Below are positions 31,401 to 40,000 of a DNA stretch of 64,000 bases, one piece after another (the first letter of the stretch is position 1; the number at the start of each line of letters is the position of its first letter). The position numbers and the translations under genes were made by a program. Source of the DNA: a virus (lineage: Duplodnaviria; Caudoviricetes); IMG/VR virus record IMGVR_UViG_3300007169_000667, positions 26,421 through 90,420 of that record; one strand, given 5' to 3'. Below the pieces are notes generated by a model that saw only the letters and a list, made by a program, of their open reading frames with translations, did no database searches and was not told where the DNA came from.

Positions 31401-34222
31401 TAGATGTTCCTGGCATGAGAACTGTTTCAGAGATCTGGGATGAGATTTTTAGCCTATTAAAAGGATTTAAGAATAATGATAATCTTTATGATGGATCAAG
31501 AATTCCTAATGAGACTGTTACTGTAGAGGAGAATGGTGTTGTTAGAGAAGTAAATATTCCTATACGTATAGCAGAGTTAGAGAAAGAGTTAGAAGAAGTT
31601 AAAGAAACTATTAAAGAGGAGTCTCCTGAACTATCCAGAGAAGATCGTGTAGCTCTTCGTAATCTATATAAAGAGCTTTCTGCAATCCAAGAAAAAGTCT
31701 ATACACCTGCATATATTGAAGTATACAATACTAAGTTAGCTGAACAAAGAGCCAAACTTTCTGCTCAAAATTCTGCTAAGTATGCAGGAGATCAAAATGG
31801 TAGTTTGCTAACTTCGGATGCTGTAGAGGCATTAAAAAATACTACATGGTATAAGATGAACCATAAAAAGGTTTATAACTATTCTGAAGCTGCAGGTACC
31901 TTTATAGAAGAAGATGAACCACTAACCTATTGGATGACGACTGAACCTACAGATAAGTCCTACATTAGTTTTAATGAACCCTCGTTTAGATGGAAAACTA
32001 TTACTCTTAATCCTGTTTTTAGAAAAGAAACCGTTACTCAGAACAAGAAATCTAAACGAGTATCATTGGATAATACAAAGACTAAGTATATAAATCCAGA
32101 GTACGCTAGATTAAGTACTGAAGAAAAACAGTTACTTTCTGAAATACTTGAGGTGTATAATGAGATGCAAAAAGGAGTTCCTAGAAACCTTAAGAAAGGT
32201 TTAGAACTTCCTTCTGTAATGAAAGAAGGCTTTGAGGCTTTAGGAAATAAGAAATTTGGTACTATTGGCTCTCAGATAAAAGGCGTAGCTAGTAACATAT
32301 GGGATAATATGACCTTTAAGAATGATGAAGATATGTCTAGAGACGAAGAAGGCAGTATGGTGACAAAGGTTAATAGAAGACTTTTCTTACGTTACAATAC
32401 TCCTATTGGGGCAGACAAGATGAGTGTAAACTTTATTAATAGTTTAACTATGTACGGTACTGATCTGATTAGGTTTAGAAAAGCTTACGCTAATGCTCCA
32501 TATTTATACGGTATACAAGATGTTCTTAGTGAAAAAATTCCTGGAAGTCGTATCCAAAAGATGGTAAATAACTTATTTGAACGTAAGTTACAAGGTAAGT
32601 CTAGAAAGCCTATGATTAATAATAAAGCGGGTAGGGTATTTGAGTGGGCTTTAGATAAGGGATTGGGTATTGGTGCAGAGTTAGCACTTAGTTTACGTTT
32701 ACCTTCAAGTATTAAAAACTTTGGAGCTGGTACAATAAACATCTTTGAACAGTTAAAGATTTACGGTGTTAGTCGAAAAGATGTTACTGTAGCAATGGGA
32801 AAGAATGCTAAGCATATTGGCGATTTATTTAAATCTTATGTAGAAGATGGTATAGATTCTCCTTATATTCAGAAGATGCGTTACTTCAATATTATGGTTG
32901 AAGATCATTTAACTGAATCAGGTAAAAGAGTATATGTTAGTGATTTAGCTAAAGGAGTTAGAAAATACAATCCTCTTTATATGCTTTCTTTTACTAGGAC
33001 ATTTGGTGAATTTGAAATGCGTAGTGCGGTAGCAGAATCTTTATCTAAGCAGTTTATGGTAGAGATGACCGATGGAACATTCAAGCCTATAATGGATGCT
33101 TACATTGTAGAAGAGGGTGTTATTAAACCTGATCCAAATATTAAAGACATAGAAGGATTTAGTGGAGTAGAATCTGCATTTAGGCAAAAAGTAAACGCAG
33201 TAAATGCTCTTATTCATGGAGCGTATGGTGCAATGGATAAAGGAGAATATAGTAGATATACTATAGGAAGATTAGTTGGCTACATGAAGGGATGGTTTAC
33301 CTATCAGTTTATTAGAAGATTTGGAAATAGAAGAATGAACTATGGAGCAGGTATGGAACAACAAGGGTACTTTAGAACCTTGGTACAGGCTCTTAAGTTA
33401 ATCATGCAGAATAGATTTTCTTTTGCAGCTGTAGACAGTTTAATGAGTCCTAGAGAAAAAGCAGAAGCTATGGCAGCAGTTTATGACATGCTTGTGTTAA
33501 GTGTAAGTACTGCTATTGCAATTGCTTTAAATGCTTTAGTATACTCTGATGATGACGATGAGGAAAATATCTGGGGAGCTTATTTTTTACTTTACAATCT
33601 TTTACAAATCGAAGATGAATTAAACACGTTGAATCCTGTCTTTGGAACAGGATCTATTGTCTATTCTCGTATGATGAATAATGTAGACGGTAAGAATATA
33701 GGACAATTTTATTTAGAGAAAAATTTTATTCTTCCTTTGCAGGGAGCTTTTGAGTCTATTAAATTAGCTTATCAATTTGTTAACCCATTAGATGATGTAG
33801 ATATGTTTGATGAGTATATTGAACGTAGTAGAACAGGTAATATTTTAAATCCTAAAAGATATAAGCCTGATCCTGTACTTCAGGGACAGATGGAGTTTTT
33901 TGCTAGATTAGAAAAAATGTTTGGACTTGCAGTAAGTACAAATTACTTTACTGGACCTGAGTATATCTATAGGAAATATGAAGCTAAAAACCCAAGATGG
34001 TTTATATCTACATTAGATTCTGAGATAAAGGGAACGAAAGGAGACATATCTTCTATTAATAAACAAATTAAAGCTATGACTCGTCAGTTAGACTATTTAG
34101 ATGATGAAGAAACTAAACAATCTTTACAATCACAAATAGATGATCTTCAAAAAGAAAAAGTCCAGCTTAAAGAACAACAGAGAGAGTTGTCTGACTATGA
34201 AGAAGGATTAGATAGAAGTTAA
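28418..34222 (+). CDS. Giant ejection protein C with N-terminal zincin domain and C-terminal hydrophobic helices
   Basis: 1934 aa; HELVH (280-284) followed by EFVSEFLSNPAF; long coiled coils; hydrophobic MLVLSVSTAIAIALNALVY and IWGAYFLLYNLL; single Cys5. Confidence 0.65.
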   Translation: MSKGCIIHVNNPISGERHASTLGYLLTQLDLDSDYIAQTIEAIYDNVGSTRSWGPLKSSMTAAHNPEADIEQFLGLAGIQLPPRQLAYVKDVQKFYEERDLDIEKEYNLTDVQQLVLDNQPYSTFSLQIEPVQSDLPGAQRTYKLTPASGKNEFKLMMTEALEYELIRSNSALESANVQHLQPYLDFTNPDIFDTATKIINDPSTPQYQREILKKLIRVLHIDPNISMDFRVEHTGVMRDRNGDYLIRPATYDASNRKLSFSPIALGALDIDSFKKLFIHELVHSVTVHAMMSPSNATDKKLVEGIREAYLYYKTKYKGQAPVGDYYGLADEFEFVSEFLSNPAFRDSIEKNDVEYARNIFEKIWDFILSKLGLTKPDKKIAPTQEALDELLDNYFAEVVFNNNLNTKSNPLDKQKFNYEMTTMQMEEAKEYLLKNSEFQKNLTRFLDSDIIDWKKIFMEANSIKINLPLLYKSEESLQNISIGEAKEAFRSLVTYFHDTAKYLRSLQLSMDSMSASGIYTQEEMFRQAYHARELGEHFKQVMREYTDIMGDTGTGTVLNTQIRNIEALANSLTQDYFNKATKAIAEKLAREIAPQTESMRATIAQNIEQFQKSYDSAVASGNNTLAQNLKNKIAEETKKYNELATEENIARAFTGKLKDINLFSLYAESAALTGNIITGTVGSMLSKMYDEANAESIVLERKMRGLGDRLEKITKSKGGRNLTGLDFQNTFGPYIRKVTVKEIKKGEIVERETLVFNTEMDEIAYQNDRITLIHAIQQLKNQKNQTDIIKEEIKKKERELVNLQEEFEEKPFIDEYYRIQSLLSDEAREAREEIIEEMRKIQASSLDEENNEDELDKLEDLKSQLERLEADTDINGIVKDEKGLRIAASIREWKKEKNAAELYKYELTETNKALFNVQLTKKKASLDRVKLEYEDAVATKQPEEVINSKKAILNAVQKDYDVWRANNAVRKISPEFYEERREILDSISAIQEKVDVPGMRTVSEIWDEIFSLLKGFKNNDNLYDGSRIPNETVTVEENGVVREVNIPIRIAELEKELEEVKETIKEESPELSREDRVALRNLYKELSAIQEKVYTPAYIEVYNTKLAEQRAKLSAQNSAKYAGDQNGSLLTSDAVEALKNTTWYKMNHKKVYNYSEAAGTFIEEDEPLTYWMTTEPTDKSYISFNEPSFRWKTITLNPVFRKETVTQNKKSKRVSLDNTKTKYINPEYARLSTEEKQLLSEILEVYNEMQKGVPRNLKKGLELPSVMKEGFEALGNKKFGTIGSQIKGVASNIWDNMTFKNDEDMSRDEEGSMVTKVNRRLFLRYNTPIGADKMSVNFINSLTMYGTDLIRFRKAYANAPYLYGIQDVLSEKIPGSRIQKMVNNLFERKLQGKSRKPMINNKAGRVFEWALDKGLGIGAELALSLRLPSSIKNFGAGTINIFEQLKIYGVSRKDVTVAMGKNAKHIGDLFKSYVEDGIDSPYIQKMRYFNIMVEDHLTESGKRVYVSDLAKGVRKYNPLYMLSFTRTFGEFEMRSAVAESLSKQFMVEMTDGTFKPIMDAYIVEEGVIKPDPNIKDIEGFSGVESAFRQKVNAVNALIHGAYGAMDKGEYSRYTIGRLVGYMKGWFTYQFIRRFGNRRMNYGAGMEQQGYFRTLVQALKLIMQNRFSFAAVDSLMSPREKAEAMAAVYDMLVLSVSTAIAIALNALVYSDDDDEENIWGAYFLLYNLLQIEDELNTLNPVFGTGSIVYSRMMNNVDGKNIGQFYLEKNFILPLQGAFESIKLAYQFVNPLDDVDMFDEYIERSRTGNILNPKRYKPDPVLQGQMEFFARLEKMFGLAVSTNYFTGPEYIYRKYEAKNPRWFISTLDSEIKGTKGDISSINKQIKAMTRQLDYLDDEETKQSLQSQIDDLQKEKVQLKEQQRELSDYEEGLDRS

Positions 34223-34234
34223 TAATTCTATCTA

Positions 34235-34264
34235 TTGACTTTATTTTTAATTAATATACTTTTG
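34235..34264 (+). promoter_or_regulatory. Bacteroidota-type promoter for the fibre cluster
   Basis: TTG (34235-34237), 19 nt, TACTTTTG (34257-34264). Confidence 0.65.
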
Positions 34265-34349
34265 TACTACGGGCCTAATAGCCGAGTACTTAGGTAATCT
34301 AATTACTGTAAAGATAATTAAACTTAAATCTAAATAAGAATATATAATT

Positions 34350-34670
34350 ATGGAAAATAATGATTTGCTTAAGGAGCAGGCCAAACGTCTAAGACAGATT
34401 GCTTCTAACACAGAAGAACCCCAAGACGTATCTAGAAGTATTGCCCTTACAGGGTCTCTTACTGCTCTTCCTTCCGAGTGTTGCAAGTTTGTAACTTTAA
34501 TGAACACTACGGGAACTACTGTAAGCTTTACAGTAAACAATTCCATGTCTGGAACTTCAGGAGCTACAGTTGTTTTACCAAACAACTCAGGAGTAAGTAT
34601 AGATACCCCTAATACAGTAAACGTAAAAGTACTAGGTACTGGAACTCTGTATTACATTGTATCTCAATAA
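34350..34670 (+). CDS. Small beta-rich structural protein (fibre/head decoration-associated)
   Basis: 106 aa, T/S/V-rich beta strands, A-rich leader, first gene of the fibre cluster. Confidence 0.45.
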   Translation: MENNDLLKEQAKRLRQIASNTEEPQDVSRSIALTGSLTALPSECCKFVTLMNTTGTTVSFTVNNSMSGTSGATVVLPNNSGVSIDTPNTVNVKVLGTGTLYYIVSQ

Positions 34671-34716
34671 GTTAGCCTTTATTAGGCTTAACTTTATTTA
34701 AACTTAACTTACCATT

Positions 34717-36615
34717 ATGGCTCGTATAGGAAAATTTTTCTTTTTTGATGGCTCAGAAAATTTAGCCACTGTCTTCTATTATCATGTAAGATCTAATGGA
34801 GGAGTAGTAGAATCTATAGGCTGCGTAGATAATACGTCTAGCTTTTTAGAACAATCTTCTTTTCTCTTATCTCCAAGTGGATACAAAGAAGACACAGTAT
34901 ACACACAGAAACCTATAGGAGCAACAGGTAACTTAACTTTTACCAGAGGATCAGATGCTTGGAGAACTAACGTACAAGGTCTCTTACAGAGAACTCCTTA
35001 TAACCTAGTACAGTATAGTAATGACTTGAGTAACGTAAGTTGGACTAAGACAAGTGTAACTATTACACCTGATAGTACTGTTGCTCCAAATGGGACACTC
35101 ACTGCTGACTTAGTAACCTTTACTACAACAAATGGATACGTACTAAGAACACAATCAGTTGCTCCTGCTACACAATACACTTTTAGCGCATATTTCAAGA
35201 ACAGTACATTTGCAACAGGAGAGACTGTATTCTTTAGATTATCAGATGGCGTTATAGCTCCTGCAATTGCTACAGTTAATATTGTAAATAAAACAGCTAC
35301 TTATAACACTAATCCTTCTGCTTGGACTAATTTAAGTGGAGTAGTTGAAGAGGTAGGAAATGATTGGTTTAGAGTATCAGTAACTGCAACATCAGTAAAC
35401 GGAGGTAATGGGTGGATTGAAGTTTTTACAAATGGATTTGCAAAAAGTCTTTATGTCTGGGGATTTCAAATAGTAGAAGGCGCTTATCCTTTAGAGTACT
35501 TTCCTACTACAGATAGACTTGATGTACCTAGAATAGATTACTCTTATGGTACTTGTCCTGCTTTACTATTAGAACCGCAGAGAACGAATATAGTATTATA
35601 TAGTGAGCAGTTTGATGATGTAAGTTGGACTAAAAATGCATCTACTCTAACCCCTAATACTACGGTTTCTCCTAATGGGAATTTAAATGCTGACACATTA
35701 TCAGTAACTACAAGTACTTACAGTGGAGTCTATAGAACGGTTTCTGGGACATCAGCAATCTATACTGTAAGTGTTTACGCTAAGAAGAATACTAAAGATT
35801 GGCTTTTCTTAGTTGACGTACAAGGTACTGGAGGAAGAGCATGGTTTAACTTAAATACGGGTGTTTTAGGTACTGTTGTTTCAGGATATACAGCTACAAT
35901 AACAAACGTAGGAAATGGATGGTATCGTTGTACATTAACTAATACAACTGCACAATCAGCTATATATCATCAACTAGGACTAAGTGATGCTGATAATACT
36001 TTAACACCTATCTCTGCTGGTTCTGCTTTTATTTGGGGAGCCCAATTAGAAGCAGGTGCTTATCCTAGTTCTTATATCAGAACAGAAGCAACCACAGTAA
36101 CTCGCTTAGCTGACTCTTTCTCTCGTAATAACATATATACTAATAACCTTATAACCTCTGCAGGAGGAACTTGGTACATTCAATTTAGAGTTACAGCAAC
36201 AGAAAGAGATAACAGTAATGTTTTACGTCTAGGCGACATTAACAATGCACTGCAGATAAATTCTGGACTTGGAGGTTACACATTTATTGTAAACAAGAAT
36301 ATAGCAGGTAGCGGAACAAACGTATACTTTTCCTTTCTAGGATTAAGTTCATCTGTTAAGTTGGTAATAAAATGGAATGGTTCTACCGCAGATATATTTG
36401 CCAATGGAACTAAAGTTGTATCAGGTACTTCCTTTACTCCAACTACAATGAATGATTTAACTTGTTCTGTAGGTTCTCCTTTACATATCCAAGGAATGGC
36501 TTTATATCCTGTCCCATTAGATGATGTGGACTGTGAGTTGCTTACTAATCCTACTTCTAGTGGATACAGTTCTTTTGCTTCAATGGCTTCTAGCTTAGGA
36601 TACATATTAATCTAA
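34717..36615 (+). CDS. Fibre/spike protein paralog 1 (tandem CBM/LamG-like beta-sandwich domains)
   Basis: TRGSDA, NLVQYSNDL, VGNxWxR (twice), WGxQxxxGAYP (twice), LLLEPQRTN. Confidence 0.65.
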   Translation: MARIGKFFFFDGSENLATVFYYHVRSNGGVVESIGCVDNTSSFLEQSSFLLSPSGYKEDTVYTQKPIGATGNLTFTRGSDAWRTNVQGLLQRTPYNLVQYSNDLSNVSWTKTSVTITPDSTVAPNGTLTADLVTFTTTNGYVLRTQSVAPATQYTFSAYFKNSTFATGETVFFRLSDGVIAPAIATVNIVNKTATYNTNPSAWTNLSGVVEEVGNDWFRVSVTATSVNGGNGWIEVFTNGFAKSLYVWGFQIVEGAYPLEYFPTTDRLDVPRIDYSYGTCPALLLEPQRTNIVLYSEQFDDVSWTKNASTLTPNTTVSPNGNLNADTLSVTTSTYSGVYRTVSGTSAIYTVSVYAKKNTKDWLFLVDVQGTGGRAWFNLNTGVLGTVVSGYTATITNVGNGWYRCTLTNTTAQSAIYHQLGLSDADNTLTPISAGSAFIWGAQLEAGAYPSSYIRTEATTVTRLADSFSRNNIYTNNLITSAGGTWYIQFRVTATERDNSNVLRLGDINNALQINSGLGGYTFIVNKNIAGSGTNVYFSFLGLSSSVKLVIKWNGSTADIFANGTKVVSGTSFTPTTMNDLTCSVGSPLHIQGMALYPVPLDDVDCELLTNPTSSGYSSFASMASSLGYILI

Positions 36616-36644
36616 ACAAACTATTAAACTTAAATTTAAATTAG

Positions 36645-38303
36645 ATGGCTACCCCAACACTTATATTAGGAGCAAATAACTGGGCAATAGAAGAAGATAA
36701 CATTCTAGGATATGCCTTAGGATCTTCTTCTAAGCAATACTTACCTAGAGAGATCTCATTTACTAGGGGATCAGATGCTACATATACTGACTCTACAGGA
36801 GTAATTAGACAAGCATGTTGGAATTTGTTAGGCTACTCTGAAGAGTTTAACAATGCATATTGGTCAACAGCTAGAGGTACGATTACTCCTAACGCTACTA
36901 TTTCTCCTACAGGTATCCAAGATGCTGATACGCTTGTAACTTTAAGTGGACAAGTTACTACCCCTGTAGTGTTTAAAACAAATTTCATTACATTTACTGG
37001 AAATACAGCATATACTCTTAGCCTCTTTGCTAAAGTATTGGGAGACACCAATGTATTTAAAATTGCTTATGTGGATAACTCTGCAGGAGGTTATACTGGA
37101 GGAGTAGCTACTTACAACTTGAGTACGCAAGTAATTAGTATTACGCAAAGTCCTAATTCTTCGGTAACTGCTTCAATGCAAAACGTAGGAAATGGATGGT
37201 ATCGTTTAATTTTAAGTTTTGTGACTGTAGCTACACCAAGCTATCATTACATTGACTTTGGACCTGATAGTGTATCAACTAATAACACTTTTGGAATTTG
37301 GGGCGCTCAGTTAGTTCATGGAACACAACCTCTCACTTACTTAAGAACAACAGACAGACTTAACGTTCCTAGAGTTGACAGTTCTACTGGATCTAAAGCT
37401 TTTTTGGTTGAGCCTCAGAGAACGAATTTGGCGTTGTATAGTAATGATTTTACTAATGTAGTTTGGAGTAAGTCTGGTGCTACTGTAACTCCTAACACAA
37501 CAATTTCTCCTGATGGTACTCAAAATGCTTCAACTATTGTATTTAGTGGAGTTGACAAATATGTTACACAAGGATGTTTTACACTTGGTACAAGTGCAAC
37601 TAGTTCTGTTTGGGTTAAAGGTACATCTGGAGAAACAATAACAATTGCTTGTGGAGGAACTGACCAAGTATTTACGCTTAATGGGAGTTGGCAAAGATTG
37701 TCAGTAAGCAGAGCATCTACATCTAATATCTATGCAAACATCAATACATTTCTAGGAGCAACTGCAAGGACAATCTACGTTTATGGATTCCAAGCAGAGG
37801 TTGGAGCATATCCTACTAGCTATATTCCAACTCAAGCAACAACTGTTACAAGGATTGCTGACAGTGCTGTAAGAACAGGTATTAGTAGTTTAATCGGACA
37901 AACAGAAGGCGTGCTTTATTGCGATGTTAATTTAGATGTTCGCCAATCTTTTACTTATTTAGCCATCGCTCCAAATATAGGTGCGGCAAATATTTACATA
38001 GGAATTGGGTTTAATGCAACATCAATCCAATACGAAGTGGTAAATTCTGGGGTTCAGTCGCAAATAACTTTTCTCAATTCATCTACTGGTAGGTTTAAAA
38101 TCGCGGGGGCATATAAAGAAAATGATTTTGTTTTGTATGTTAACGGCTCACAAATTGGTACAGATACGAGTGGAACAGTTCCAACTTGTTCGGAAATTGG
38201 TTTGTTTGCATATAATCAAGCCACACCAATGAGATACAATCAAGTTGCCTTGTTTAACACACGTCTTACTAACGCAGAACTTGCTGCACTAACAACCTTA
38301 TAA
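36645..38303 (+). CDS. Fibre/spike protein paralog 2
   Basis: Same architecture: TRGSDA, VGNGWYR, WGAQL, LVEPQRTN, GAYPTSYIPT, C-terminal LamG-like domain. Confidence 0.65.
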   Translation: MATPTLILGANNWAIEEDNILGYALGSSSKQYLPREISFTRGSDATYTDSTGVIRQACWNLLGYSEEFNNAYWSTARGTITPNATISPTGIQDADTLVTLSGQVTTPVVFKTNFITFTGNTAYTLSLFAKVLGDTNVFKIAYVDNSAGGYTGGVATYNLSTQVISITQSPNSSVTASMQNVGNGWYRLILSFVTVATPSYHYIDFGPDSVSTNNTFGIWGAQLVHGTQPLTYLRTTDRLNVPRVDSSTGSKAFLVEPQRTNLALYSNDFTNVVWSKSGATVTPNTTISPDGTQNASTIVFSGVDKYVTQGCFTLGTSATSSVWVKGTSGETITIACGGTDQVFTLNGSWQRLSVSRASTSNIYANINTFLGATARTIYVYGFQAEVGAYPTSYIPTQATTVTRIADSAVRTGISSLIGQTEGVLYCDVNLDVRQSFTYLAIAPNIGAANIYIGIGFNATSIQYEVVNSGVQSQITFLNSSTGRFKIAGAYKENDFVLYVNGSQIGTDTSGTVPTCSEIGLFAYNQATPMRYNQVALFNTRLTNAELAALTTL

Positions 38304-38351
38304 ACTTAAACTTAAATTACAAAATATAAACTTTAAATAATAAAACAAGCT

Positions 38352-39971
38352 ATGTCATACGCTAAAATATTTCCCTTAGGTTCTCTTGGTTCAGTAGTAA
38401 ACACAGGAGTACTTCAACTTCAAGGAGGGGTGTACCTAGATGGTACCCTTAGAATTCTTACTGATCAATTAAACACTCCATCAGTATTAAGACTCTCTAC
38501 TACATCAGTAACAAACTATGGAGGAGGATCTATCACAACTAACACGGCATTTGGTGACCAAGCATTATTGAGCAACACAAGCGGTTCAAATAACCTTTCA
38601 TTAGGCTATCGTGCTTTACGAGCCAACACAAGCGGAACACAAAACGTTGCTGTAGGGGTGGATGCGTTGTTGGCAAGTAGTACGGCGAGTAGTTGTACTG
38701 CTGTTGGTTATCAATCCTTAAATGCTAATACTACGGGTATTAGAAATACTGCTATAGGTGAGAGGTCTTTGCTTACAAATAGCACAGGTGCATTAAATAC
38801 TGCTGTAGGTAAGGATGCATTAGTACAAAATATCAGTGGAAATAATAATACTGCCGTAGGTGTGACTGCATTAGCCAACAACACCGCATCCAACAACGTT
38901 GCCGTAGGTTACGAAGCCGCATTAACCAACACCTCAGGCATAAGCATAACTGCGATAGGGTATCAGGCGTTGAGGTTGAGTACGGGAAACTACAATACTG
39001 CATTAGGATATCAGGCAGGTTTAGCAAATACTACAGGGGCTTCAAACGTAGCGTTGGGAAGTTCAGCACTATTGGCAAATATTACAGGTTCAAATAATAT
39101 CGCTATTGGAGGTGCTTTATTTGTTCCAAGTGGCTCAAGTTTTAATGTAGCAATTGGAAATTTATCGTTAGGGGCTAATTGTGGTAATGCAAATACTGCA
39201 GTAGGTCATAATGCATTAAATCTAAACACATCAGCAAATAACGTAGCGGTAGGTTTTAGTGCAGCAGCCGCCAACACCTCCGGAACAGGAATCACAGCCA
39301 TAGGTTATCAGGCGCTGACTGCGAGTACGGGAAACTACAATACTGCTTTAGGTTTTCAGGCGGGTACACAAATAACTACAGGTACAAATAATACAATCAT
39401 AGGATATAACGCAGGTAATGCAGGATTGGCTGTAGGTAGTAACTCTACGATAATTGGCGCGAATGCAAATACATCAGGTTTTCAAGGTGGCGTTGTATTA
39501 GGCTCAAACGCTACAGCAACAGCCGCTAACCAGTTTGTAGTTGGTAGTGCATCAGCTAACGCGGGTACTGTAGTTGCAGAAACAAATACTACTATTTCTT
39601 CTTGGGCTGTCAAGATTAACGGAACAGATAGAAAACTTCTCTTATTAGATACTGCTCAGAACGTAATTGATGTTAAGCAAAGTGTTGCTGCCTCCACTTC
39701 TACTACTACAGTAAACTGGGCTAACGGAAACTTAGCGGATATTACGCTTACTTCTAGCACTACTTTAACCTTAAGCGCTCCAGTAATAGGAACCTACATA
39801 GTAAAGTTAACCCAAGGAGGAGCAGGAAGCTTCACAGTAACTTGGCCTGCTACAGTAAAATGGTCAGGAGGTATTGCCCCTGTATTGACTACTACTGCAG
39901 GTAAGATAGATATCATTACTTTAGTATGGGATGGAACAAATTATTACGCTTCTTATATCTTAAATTTTTAA
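38352..39971 (+). CDS. Tail fibre with repeated NTAxG/beta-roll units and a C-terminal WP..VKW..G domain
   Basis: About 20 NTA(V/I/L)G-like repeats; WPATVKWSGGIAPVLTTTAGKIDIITL. Confidence 0.65.
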   Translation: MSYAKIFPLGSLGSVVNTGVLQLQGGVYLDGTLRILTDQLNTPSVLRLSTTSVTNYGGGSITTNTAFGDQALLSNTSGSNNLSLGYRALRANTSGTQNVAVGVDALLASSTASSCTAVGYQSLNANTTGIRNTAIGERSLLTNSTGALNTAVGKDALVQNISGNNNTAVGVTALANNTASNNVAVGYEAALTNTSGISITAIGYQALRLSTGNYNTALGYQAGLANTTGASNVALGSSALLANITGSNNIAIGGALFVPSGSSFNVAIGNLSLGANCGNANTAVGHNALNLNTSANNVAVGFSAAAANTSGTGITAIGYQALTASTGNYNTALGFQAGTQITTGTNNTIIGYNAGNAGLAVGSNSTIIGANANTSGFQGGVVLGSNATATAANQFVVGSASANAGTVVAETNTTISSWAVKINGTDRKLLLLDTAQNVIDVKQSVAASTSTTTVNWANGNLADITLTSSTTLTLSAPVIGTYIVKLTQGGAGSFTVTWPATVKWSGGIAPVLTTTAGKIDIITLVWDGTNYYASYILNF

Positions 39972-40000
39972 TCTAGTTTAAAATAAAAATAAAAACTAAC

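Noticed and set aside
34247-34585. 112-aa - strand ORF
   Set aside because: It is antisense to the 106-aa + strand gene, which has a proper promoter and leader.
34669-34700. Hairpin after the 106-aa gene (AAGTTAGCCT/AGGCTTAACTT) as a terminator
   Set aside because: The stem is bulged and the U-tract weak; it may attenuate but is not supported as a terminator.
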